A stretch of DNA of 62,596 bases, counting the filler, from Chiloscyllium plagiosum (Eukaryota), in NCBI RefSeq assembly GCF_004010195.1. It is 4 parts of one record of this genome, joined end to end, with 100 filler letters (N's around TTAATTAATTAA, not from the genome) between each part and the next. Parts side by side here need not be neighbours in the genome. Positions count along the whole stretch, not along the records: positions 32,010 to 39,019 come from NC_057717.1; positions 39,120 to 59,529 come from NC_057717.1; 2 more parts are not named here. One strand, given 5' to 3'. A model generated the notes under the pieces. The model was not told the origin of the DNA. It did no database searches and saw nothing but the letters and a program-made list of their open reading frames with translations. A program made the position numbers and the translations under genes. Shown here piece by piece: positions 35,429 through 47,500 of the stretch. Position 1 is the first letter of the stretch. Each line of letters starts with the position of its first letter.

Positions 35429-36472
35429 AAGTTTAATTTAGATAGATATGAGGTGCTACATTTTGGAAAAGCAAATCTTAGCAAGACTTTTACACTTAAT
35501 GGAAAGGTCGTCGGGACTGTTGCTGAGCAACGAGAACTTGGCGTACAGCTTCATAGTTCCTTGAAAGTAGAGACGTGTTTAGATAGGATAGCGAAGAAGC
35601 TGTTTGGAATGCTTTCTTTATTGTTCAGTGTATTGAGTACAGGAGTTGGGAGGTCATGTTGTGCTTGATCAGGACATTGGTTAATCTACTTTTGCAATAT
35701 TGTGAGCAATTCTGTTCTGCAACTATCAAAAAGATGTTGTGTAACTTTACAGGGTTCAGAAAAGATTTACCAAGATGTTGTCAGGCTTGGAGGGTTTGAG
35801 TGTAGAGAAAGGCTGAATATGCCGGGGCAATTTTTTTCCTGGAATGTCAGAGACTTAAGGGTGACCTTATACAGGTTTATAAAATCATGAGGCACATGAA
35901 TAGGATAGATAGACATGGCATTTTCTCTGTGGTGGGGGAGTCCAGATCAAGAGGGCATAGGTTTAGGTTGAGAGGGAAAAGATCTAAAACGGATTGAAGG
36001 GGCAATGTCTTCACGCAGAAGGTGGTGCGTATATGGAATTGACTGCGAGACGAAGTTGTGGAACCTAGTACAATTGCAACAGTTATTAGGCATCTGGGTG
36101 GGTATGCAAGTAGGAAGCGTTTAGAGGGATATGGGCCAGTTTTTGGCAAATAGGACTAGATGAGGTTAGGTCATCTGGTCGGCATGGACGAGTTTGACCG
36201 AAGGGTCTGTTTCCATGCTCTTTGTCTCTGTGACTCACAGTGGGGATCAGCTCAATGTGTTTCAGTCTCTTAAAACGTAAATTTTAGTGTGTTTTACTTC
36301 ATTAAATCTACAACATTGAGTTGGGTGAGACATTATTATTTTAAATACCTATCTTATGATATTTTGATTAAAATTTTAAATACAAAGTATTGGTACTAAT
36401 TTAATCTCGAGTCATGTTTTGTAAAGCAGTAAGATTCTGCATTTTTCTGGGACTGTGGAACGTTAAAGTTAA

Positions 36473-38920
36473 ATGGCCATTCGTACTGTGATGAGCTCTT
36501 CCTGTTGGATGTCCGAGATTAGGGCGAGTTTCAATGATCCTGATGATTGTATGCAGAAGTGAGGATGCAAATCCTGTTGAATCGCACGGATCAGATGGAG
36601 CATTTGTAAATGGTAATTAAGAAATTACAGGAGCCAGGGAGTGTGATAGCTGTCAGTTTCAGGTAGGAAAGCTGCAGATACAGTCATGTAGATGGGGTAC
36701 CTCCCGGAAAGGTAGGATAGCGAGGTAGGTGGTGCAGGAGTCTCCTGTAGCTATCCCCATGTCAAACAAATATACTGTTTCGGAAAANNNNNNNNNNNNN
36801 NNNNNNNNNNNNNNNNNNNNNNNNNNNNNNNNNNNNNNNNNNNNNNNNNNNNNNNNNNNNNNNNNNNNNNNNNNNNNNNNNNNNNNNNNNNNNNNNNNNN
36901 NNNNNNCCTCGTTTGTCATAATATCTGGATTATTCTCAGTGCTGCATGCTAGTGAGAGTAGGAATAGCCTGATGGAGCCGATGAACGAGTGGCTAATGAT
37001 CTGGTGTAGGGGAGAAGGATTCACATTGTTTGATAATGATAATCTCCTCTGGACTAGTTGATCTGCATACGAAGGATGGATTATACCTGAGTTGGAATGT
37101 ATCTAATATCCAGTTAGGTAGATTTGCTAGTGCTATTCAGGAGGCATTAAACCAGTGAGGGAGTGGGCGTAAACGCAAAGAGGTAATGAGAAAAGAGGTA
37201 TATCTGAGGCTTGTACAGTTGAAAAGTTGACAATCAAGGCAGGAAAGGTCAAGGCACAGAACGAGGTAGGATTAAGCACTGGCATTGCATTTATTTCAAT
37301 GTAAGAGGCCTGATAGGGAATGTAGATGAGCTCAGGATATGATTTTGAACCAGGCAATTGTATATCATGGTATTACAGAAACTTTGCTCAGGGATGGACA
37401 GGACTGGCAGTTTTATGTTCCAGGGTATAGATACAAGGGGAACGATAAAATGAGGATAAGAGAGGAGGGAGAGTGGCATTTTTGATGAGGGATTCCATTA
37501 CAGTTGTGCTTAGGAAGGATACTCAACTTATCGAATGACTGCTGGGAATCCAGATACGCCACCTCCACCGTTTCCCCCTTGTCCAACACACGCGTAATGT
37601 CTTCAAATAATCCCAGTAAATACGTTAAACATGACCAGCCTTTCATGAATCCATGCTGCATCTGCTCAATGGGACAGTTTCTACCCACCTATCTCTGTAT
37701 TACTTCCTTGAGAGCTTCAAGCATTTTCCCCAATGCTGACGTTAAGCTAACGGGTCCTTTTGAAAAATAGTAGCACACGCAGCTTTCCAATCTGTCGGAC
37801 CGTCCCAGAGTCCGGCAAATTCTAACGAATAATCACGAGCATGTTTTCAAACCCCCCACCTCCCCCTCCCCCACGCCATCTCCCGCCCGCAATCTCTTTT
37901 CCTCCATCACGGCCAGGAAACTCATCTATCTTTAGGCTATTCGCTTTCCTAACACTACCTCTTTGCTTAGAATGATTGCTTCCTTGTACACATCTGCCAT
38001 TGCCACCATAGGCCCGTGCCAAAGAGAGTACAGAGACAGTATGTTCCTGTTGAAGGCAAGGCTGTTAGTTGTAAAGAATGCTGTCTGTCGAGAGAAATTG
38101 ATGTTCTGGTCAAGAAGATGAAGGTGGATATAGCAGGTACAGACAGCTGAGTTTGAATGAATCCCTGGAGGAGTATAAGGGGATTTGAAGTACACGCGAG
38201 GGAAATCAGCAGGGCAGAAAGGGGATGCGAGATAGCTTTGGGAAATAGGTTTAAAGAGAATCCAAAGAGATTCTACAAATAAACTAAGGATAAAAGAGTA
38301 ACTAAGCAGAGAATAGAGCCTCTAATATCAACAACGCCGTCTGTGGCAAAGCAGGAGGTCGGACAGATTCTATATGAGTATTTCACGTCAATTTATACTG
38401 TAAAATAAAGAATATGGAAGCTAGCGAGTTTGGAGAAACAAATAGCGATAACTTGACAAGTGTCCATATTGCAGAGGAGATAATACAGGATATCTTAAAA
38501 TGCATAAAGGTGGATACATCCCTGGGACCTGATCAGGTGTAGCCCAGATCTTTGTAGGAACCTAGGGAAGTTATTGCTGGGCCCCTCACTGAGATATTTA
38601 TATAATCGAAACCGCAGATGAGGTGCTGGAAGATCAGTGTCGTTATTAGAGAAAGGTCGGAAGGAAAAGCCAGTGAACTACAGACCGGTAAGCCTGAAGT
38701 CAGTGGCAGGCAAGTTGTTGGAAAGGATTCTAAGGGACAGGATTTACATGGAATTGGGAAGGAAAGAAATGATTAGGGAGAGTCAACATGGCTTTTGTAC
38801 ATAAATCACTAACTTGAACTTCAGAAAGACACAAGGTTCCACATAACAGACTGGTTAGCAAATTCAAAGCCATAGAATATAGGGAGGACTAGCTATTTGG
38901 ATACAAGATTGGTTGGAAGA
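36473..38920 (+). mobile_element. CR1 LINE 5' part (ORF1 and ORF2), decayed, with inverted internal CR1 segment
   Basis: ORF1: MAIRTVMSSSCWM..., SPVAIPMSNKY, VIISGL...NEWLMIWCRGEGF (esterase-like). ORF2 start CIYFNVRGL. Later NPKRFYK, IKVDTSLGPD, NYRPVSL. Includes an N gap at 36788-36906. Confidence 0.8.
37520..38030 (-). mobile_element. Inverted CR1 RT fragment
   Basis: QHGFMKGWSCLTYLLGLFEDITRVLDKGETVEVAYLDSQQSFDK. Confidence 0.8.
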
Positions 38921-39019
38921 TCATAGTCTTCGAGATGTACAGCACGGAAGCAGACCCTTCGGTCCAACCCGTCAATGCCGACCAGATATCCCAACCCAAC
39001 CGAGTCCCACCTACCAGCA

Positions 39020-39119
39020 NNNNNNNNNNNNNNNNNNNNNNNNNNNNNNNNNNNNNNNNNNNNTTAATTAATTAANNNNNNNNNNNNNNNNNNNNNNNNN
39101 NNNNNNNNNNNNNNNNNNN
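39020..39119. other. 100-bp scaffold spacer
   Basis: 44N-TTAATTAATTAA-44N. Confidence 0.95.
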
Positions 39120-39819
39120 AAACTCATAGAAACCCACGTAGATTTCCCCCTGGATTGACTGCTGATCTCCACAAGGGGTAATGTGTACAGTCATCCAGGG
39201 CCAGGGGGTGGGGATGGTGTGAGTTTCCAATCTGAACTGACAGTGACAGATTTTATAAACTTGTATTACAGGATATTACAGTTGGACATTCAGATGGCAA
39301 TTTCAGTAATTGTAACGCCAAACTCTGAAAGAATTATTGAATTCATCAGGACCTGGATATTTGCATTGTGTGTGAGTATTGTGTTCCAGGTCATTCCTGT
39401 TTGCAGCAGAAAAGTTCTCCTTTGAATCATTCAATTCTCTCAAAAGATCTCCCCCACCTCCACAATGTGTTCTATAATCCTTTTATGATGAGCTGCTGAG
39501 TGTATATTTGAGCATCCTACTTTTTTTTTGTACACTTCCCCATTACAGCTCCCCTCAGTTTCCTTTACTACGAGGAGAGAAGTCTCGGTTTCTCCAAACC
39601 CCTGATTCCCCAATGTCTGTTTGCTGTCTATAAGGTAAACATCAGGATTGTGTTGGAACATTCTCCATTTGCCTGCATTAGTGCAGCCCCAACAATATTA
39701 AAGCAAGTGAACATCGTCCAGGACAAAGCACTGTGCCTGAGTGGTATGCCAACAACCATATTCAGTATTCCCCCTTTCCACCCACGAAATAAAGTGGCAT
39801 CACTGTGTAAAAGATAAAA

Positions 39820-39945
39820 TCAGTATTTTCCTACCAGACCATGGGGCTGCTCCCTTTTCGGGAGAGATGACTGGTGGTTGTTTAACCTGAAGGTTACCAC
39901 AGCCCAGGCAAGGGAAGAGGTTGAGAAGGAGAGTCCAATGATTGT
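39820..39945 (-). mobile_element. 3' part of the SINE family seen at 9858-10035
   Basis: Reverse complement reads ggactctccttctcaacctcttcccttgcctggg...aaccttcaggttaaacaaccaccagtcatctctc...gcagccccatggtctggtagg. Confidence 0.6.
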
Positions 39946-41030
39946 AGATGGCTATTCTTGATGTGTATTAGCAATACCAATGTCACATGAATAACTAATG
40001 TAAAAGAAACCCAAACTCTGCAACTAAAATCCCCATTCCTTGAACCATCCTGTGAAATCTCTTGTGCCCTCGCTCAGAAGCCCTGCCAATTTGTGGGGGA
40101 TCTCTGGTTTGCACGGACCCAGCTGCTCTGTATTCCTGTGGGTGATGTCATCATAGAGCAATAGTTGCATTAAACCTCACTGTCTGTAAAGGTAGGAGAC
40201 GTAGACGTCTCAATTTCATTTAAGATGTATTTAAAGACACATTGCAATGCCAAGGTTGACAGATCTATGGGCTAAGTGCTGGAAAATGGGATTAGAATAG
40301 TTAGTTGGAAGATTTCTTTACAGTACAGATCCGGTGGACCACCGTGCCTTTTCCTGTCCTGTGGACCTCCGAGGCACTTCTTATCAGAATATGACAAGCC
40401 ACATTAGAAACCAGGTCAGAGAGTCAGATATTCGAATAGATGGTACATGATTGATTCATGTTTTTGGGAGGAAAATGAAACAGTGAGTTTAAATGGGACA
40501 TTCCGGAGCTCAGGGTGCAGGAATATGTAATAAAAATTGGCTATGCTCAAAGCTGGAATTAGAGAGAGGCACATATCACAGAGATTTGTGAGGGTGGACA
40601 AGCTTAGAGATAGGGAGGGTGATGAGACTGGAGGAGATTGGAGGATGTTAGAGATTGAGGTTTTTGTGATACCAGAGGTAGTGAGGGTTCTGAGGCAGGA
40701 GAGGAATTGCAGAGATAAGAAAGAGTTGTGAAACTGAATGAGGTGACAGTGATCGGGAGATTTGTGAGGATGGAGGAATTCAGAGATAGCGAGAGTTAGA
40801 GTCATAATGTTATACAGCAAGGAAACAGACCCTGTGGTCCAACCAATCCATATCGACCGGAATTCCAAACTAAACTAATCTCACCTGCCTCCGCTTGTAT
40901 AATTATAACAATTATAATTGTAGTTACAGATACCACTTCCCCTGGAAGTTCATTCCACGTGTGTAATAATAAAAAAAATCCTTATTGTCTTTTTCAAACC
41001 TTTCTCATCTCTTCTCAAAAAGAATGCACC
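39898..41030 (+). repeat. Near-identical duplicate of 32010-33140
   Basis: Collinear with copy 1; ends exactly at the 500-N gap (41031-41530). Confidence 0.95.
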
Positions 41031-41530
41031 NNNNNNNNNNNNNNNNNNNNNNNNNNNNNNNNNNNNNNNNNNNNNNNNNNNNNNNNNNNNNNNNNNNNNN
41101 NNNNNNNNNNNNNNNNNNNNNNNNNNNNNNNNNNNNNNNNNNNNNNNNNNNNNNNNNNNNNNNNNNNNNNNNNNNNNNNNNNNNNNNNNNNNNNNNNNNN
41201 NNNNNNNNNNNNNNNNNNNNNNNNNNNNNNNNNNNNNNNNNNNNNNNNNNNNNNNNNNNNNNNNNNNNNNNNNNNNNNNNNNNNNNNNNNNNNNNNNNNN
41301 NNNNNNNNNNNNNNNNNNNNNNNNNNNNNNNNNNNNNNNNNNNNNNNNNNNNNNNNNNNNNNNNNNNNNNNNNNNNNNNNNNNNNNNNNNNNNNNNNNNN
41401 NNNNNNNNNNNNNNNNNNNNNNNNNNNNNNNNNNNNNNNNNNNNNNNNNNNNNNNNNNNNNNNNNNNNNNNNNNNNNNNNNNNNNNNNNNNNNNNNNNNN
41501 NNNNNNNNNNNNNNNNNNNNNNNNNNNNNN

Positions 41531-44500
41531 TCATACACACTCTGTGACACTCTGTGAATACCTTACACACTCTGCGGCACACTGTCATTCTGTAACACAC
41601 TCTGGGACACTCTGTGATACTGTATACAATCTGAGACACTCTGTGCTATCGCGCACACGCTGGACACTCTGTGATACCGCGTACACTCTGGGACACTCTG
41701 CGATTCCCTTACACACTCTGTGATGCCCATTCACACTCTGTGACACTTTGATTCTCTTACACAATCTGTGAACCTCATTGATACCATTACTCCCACACTC
41801 TGGGACACTCTATGGTTCTCTTACACACGCTGTGATTCTCTTACACACGTTGTGACACTCTGTGATTCCCTTACACACTCTGGGATACTTTGTGATTCCT
41901 TTACCCTCTCCGTGACCCTCTGTGATTCTTTTAAACACTCTATTACCTTCGGTGATTCCCTTACACACTTTGGGGCACTCTGTGATTCCCTTGCATACTC
42001 TGTGACACTCTGTGATACCATGCACACGCTGGGAGATTGTGTGATACCGTGCACACTCTGGGACACACTGTGATTCCTTTTAACACGTTTAGATACTTGG
42101 TGATTCCCTTACACACGTTGTCACATTCTGTGACTACGTTACACACGTTGTTGCACTCTGTGATTTATTTACACACTCTGGGACACTCTGTGAATCTCTT
42201 ACAAATCTAGGACTCTGTGATTCTCTTATTCATTCTGTGACAATCTGAGATTTCCTTGCACCTACACTCTCTGGGACAGTCCATGATACCGTACACACTC
42301 TGTGAATCTCTGTGATTAATGTACACACTCTAGGACCTTCTGTAATTCCCTTAAACCCTCTGGGACACTCTGTGATTCCTTACACATTCTGAGACACTCT
42401 GTAATTACTTTACACACTCTGTGACACTTTGTCATTCTCTTACACTCTCTGAGACACGCTGTGATACTGTATACAATCTGGGATACTTTGTGCTATCGCG
42501 CACACTCTGGGACACTCTGTGATACCACGTACACTCAGGGACACTCTGTGATACCGCGCACACTCTGGGACAATCTGTGATTTCCTTACACACTCTGTGA
42601 CACTTTACTTCTCTTTCACACTCTGTGAATCTCTGTGATACCTTTAACCACACACTCTGGGGCACTCTGTGATTCCCTTAGACATTCTGGGACACACTTT
42701 GATTTCCTTAGACACTCTGGGACGCACTGTGATCCCATTACACACTCTTGGACACGCTGTGATTCCATGAGACACTCTGGGACACTCTATGATGCTCTTG
42801 CACACTCTGATTATCACTGTGATTCTCTTACACACCGTATCGTACCATACCGTACACAGTGTGAGGCACTCTATTCTACCGTATACACTGGGACACACTG
42901 TGATTCTCTTACACACTCTGGGAAACTCTGTGACGCTCTTGCACTGTACACTCTCTGGGACACTCTGGGATACCGTAAACTCTCTGGGACACTCTGTGAT
43001 TCCCTTGCACCGTACACTCTCTGGGACACTCTGTGATTCCGTGCACACTCTGGGACACACTGTGATTCCCTTACATACTGTGAGACACTCTGTGATACCG
43101 TACACATTCTGGAACACTCTGTGATTCCCTTACACACGTTGTGAAACTCTGCGAATCCCTTACACACATTGTGACACTCTATCTTTCCCTTACACACGTT
43201 GTGACACTCTGTGATTCTCTTACACTCTGGGACATTCTGTAATTCCATTACACACTCGGGCACACTCTGCAATGCCGCTCACACGCTGGGATACACTATG
43301 ATTCACTTACACACGTTGTTACACTCTGTGATTCCCTGACACACGTTGTGGCACTCTGTGGTTATCTCACACGCATTGTGACACTCTGTGATACCGTGCA
43401 CACTCTGGGACACACTGTGATTCCCTTACACCCTCTGACTCACTCTGTAACACTCTGTGATGCTCCTACACACACTGTGATTCTCCTACACACTGTGGGA
43501 CACTCTGTGATTCCCTTATACACTCTGGGACACTCTGTGATTCCCTTGCACACTCTGTGACACTATGTGATTCCGTACAACTCTGTGCCACTCTGTCATT
43601 CTCTTACACACTCTGCGACACTCTGTGAATACCTTACACACTCTGGGACACACTGTCATTCTCTTATACACACTGGTTCACTGTAAAATAGGGTGTACAA
43701 TCTGGGACACTCAATGATTCGACGCACACACTGGGGAACTCTGTGCTACCGCGTACACTCTGTGATTTCCTTACACAGTCTTGGCACTCTGTGATACCGT
43801 ACACACTTTGTGAATCTCTGTGATTCTCTTACACATTCTATTACGTTCTGTGATTTTCTTACTACACTCTGTGACAAGCTGAGTTTCTCTTACGCACTCT
43901 GGGACAGTCTGTTATACTGTACACGCTCTGAGACACACTGTGATACACGTACACACGTTGTGACACTCTGTGATTCCCTTACACGCGTTGTGACACTCTG
44001 TGGTTCCCTTACACACATTGTGACACTCTGTGATACCGTGCACACTCTGGGACACACTGCGATTCCCTGACACACGCCGGAACACTCTGTGATACCGTAA
44101 ACACTCTGGGACACTCTGTGATACCGTACATACTCTGGGATAGTCTGTGATACCTTACACACACTGGGACAGTCTGTGATTCCCAGACACCGTCTTGGAC
44201 ATTCTCTAATTGCATTACATACTCTGGGACACTCTGTGGTTCCCTTGCACACTCTGGGACACTCTGTTAATCTCTTACACACTCTGTGACATTTGATTCT
44301 CTTACTCACTCTGTGACAATCTGTGATTCTCCTACACAAGCTGCGATTCTCTTACACACGCTGGAACACTCTGTGATTCTCTTGCACACTCTGGGATACT
44401 CTGTCATTCCCTTACCCACTCTTGACCCTCTGTGGTTCTCCAACGCACTCTATTACCTTCTGTAATTCCCTTACACACTCTGGGACACTCTGTGATTCCA

Positions 44501-47500
44501 ATAGTCACTCTGGGACATTCTGTGACACCGCACACACGGTGGGACACAGTCTGAGACACTGTCTTCTACAGTATATACTGGGACACACTGTGATTCTCTT
44601 ACACACTCTGGGATACTCTGCAATTATCTTACTCACTCTGTGAATCTCTGTGATTCACTCACTCGATTACGATCTGTGATTGTCTTGCACACTCTGCGAC
44701 ATTTTGTGATTCTCTTACACTCTGTGATACATCTACACACGTTGTGACACTCTGTCATTCCCTTACACACTCTGGAACATTCTGTAATTCAAATACACGC
44801 TCTGGGACTCTCTGTAATTCCCTCACACACTCTGGGAAACTCTGTGAATCTCTTACACACTCTATGACATGTGATTCTCTTACTCACTCTGGTACACTGT
44901 GATTCTCCTACACACGCTGTGATTCTCTTACACACGTTGTGACACTCTGTGATTCCCTTACACACTCTGTGATACCTTGTGATTCCTTTACACTATCCGT
45001 GACACTCTGTGATTCTTTTAAACACTATATTTCCTTCAGTGATTCCCTTACACTTTGGGACACTCTGTGATACCCTTGCGTACTCTGTGACACTCTGTGA
45101 TACCGTGCACATTCTGGGACACACTGTGAGTCCCTTACACACGTTTCGACACTCGGTGATTCCCTTACACACGTCGTGACACTCTGTGATTACTTTACAC
45201 ACACTGGGACAATTTGTGATTCCTTTACACATTCTGGGACACTCTGTGAATCTCTTACACACTCTGGGACACTCTGTGAATCTCTGACACACCTTGGACT
45301 CTATGATTCTCTAATTCACTCTGTGACACTCTGAGATTTCCTTGCACCGTACACTCTCTGGAACACTCTGTGTTGCCGTACACACTCTGTGAATATCTAT
45401 GATTACTTTACACTCTCTCGGACATCTGTGATTCCCTTATACACTCTGGAACACTCTGTGATGCCCTTACACATTCTGAGACACTCCGTCATTCTCTTAC
45501 ACACTCTGTGGCACTCTGTGAATGCCGTATGCACTCTGCGGCACACTGTCATTCTGTAACATAGTCTGGGACACTCTGTGAAACTGTACAAAATCTGGAA
45601 CACTCTGTGCTACCACGCACACGCTGGGACTCTCTGTGATACTGCGTACACACTCTGGGACACTCTTTAATTCCATTACACACTCTAGGACACTCTGTAA
45701 TTCCCTTACACACTCTGGAACACTCTGTGAATCTCTTACATACGATGTGACACTCTGTGATTTCCTTACACACCCTGGAACATTCTGTAATTACAATACA
45801 AGCTCTGGGACTGTCTGTAATTCCTTTACACACTCTGGGACACTCTGTGAAACTCTTACACACTCTGTGACTTGTGATTCACTTACACTCTCTGTGACAC
45901 TCTGTGATTCTTTTAAACACTATATTGCGTTCGGTGATTCACCTACACACTTTGGGACACTCTGTGATACCATCGCGTACTCTGTGACACTCTGTGTTAC
46001 CGTGCACACTCTGGGACACTCTGTGATTCTTTTACACACGTTTTGACACTCGGTGATTCCCTTACACACGTCGTGACACTCTGTGATTCATTTACGCACA
46101 CTGTGACAATTTATGATTCCATTACACACTCTGGGACACTCTCGGAATCTCTTACACTCCTTGGACTCTGTGATTCTCTTATTCTCTCTGTGACACTCGG
46201 AGATTTCCTTCCACCGTACACTCTCTGGAACACTCTATGATATCGTACACACTCTGTGAATATCTATGATTACTTTACACACTCTCGGACATCTGTGATT
46301 CCCTTATACACTCCGGGACACTCTGTGATTCCCTTACACATTCTGAGACACTGTGTCATTCTCTTACATACTCTGTGGCACACTGTCCTTCTGTAACATA
46401 CACTCTGTGACACTGTATAAAATCTGGAACACTCTGTGCTACCACGCACACACTGGGACACTCTGTGATACCGCGCACACTCTGGGACACTCTGTGATAC
46501 CGCGCACACTCTGGGACACTCTGTCATTTGCCTACACACGTTTTGACACTGTATAAATACCTTACACACTCTGCAGCACACTGTCATTCTGTGACACGCT
46601 CTGGGACACTCTATGATACTGTATACAATCTGGGACACTCTGTGCTACCGCGCACACGCTGGGACACTCTGTGATATCGCGTACACTCTGGGACACTCTG
46701 TGATTCCCTTACAAACTCAGTGATGCCCATTCACACTCTGTGACACTTTGATTCTCTTACACAATCTGCGAATCTTTGTGATACCATTACGCACTCATAT
46801 TGGGTCATTCTGTGATTCCCTTCGACTTTCTGGGACACACCTTGATACCTTTAGACATTCTGGGACACTCTATGATTCTCTTACACACTCCTGGACACTT
46901 TGTGATTCCATTCGATACCCTGGGACAGTCGGTGATGTCCTTTCACACTCTGTGACACTTTGATTCTTTTACACAATCTGGGAATCTCTGTGATACAATT
47001 TCACACTCATATTGGGATATTCTGTGAATCCTTTAGACTTTCTGGGACACACTTTGATTTCCTTAGACACTCTGGGACACTCTGTTATTCCCTTACACAC
47101 TCTTGTACACTCTGTGATTCCATTAGGCACTCTTGCACACTCTGGTAATCACTGAGATTCTCTTACACACTCTGGGGCACTCTGTCACACCGTGCACAGT
47201 CTGAGACACTCTCTTCTACCACATACACTGGGACACACTCTGACTCTCTTACACACTCTGAGACTGTCTGTGATGCTCTTGCACCGTACACTCTCTGGGA
47301 CACTCAGTGATACCGTAAACACTCTGGGACACTCTTTGATTCCCATAGACACTCTGCGAGACTCTGTGATGCCCTTGCACACTCTGTGACACTTTGATTC
47401 TTTTACACAATCTGGAAATCTCTGTGATACCATTACACACTCTTGGCACTCTTACGCACTCTTACACACATTCCTTACACACGCTTGGCACTCTGTAATA

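Larger units (their letters stand above)
33660..36236 (+). mobile_element. 5'-truncated CR1/HER1 LINE (RT region to 3' tail) with two nested insertions
   Basis: NPKGFYKYVK; IKVDKAPGHD; DVIYMDFNKDFDKVPHGRL; SKFADGT (FADD); tail gaccgaagggtctgtttccatgct...tgactc; frameshifted. Confidence 0.92.
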
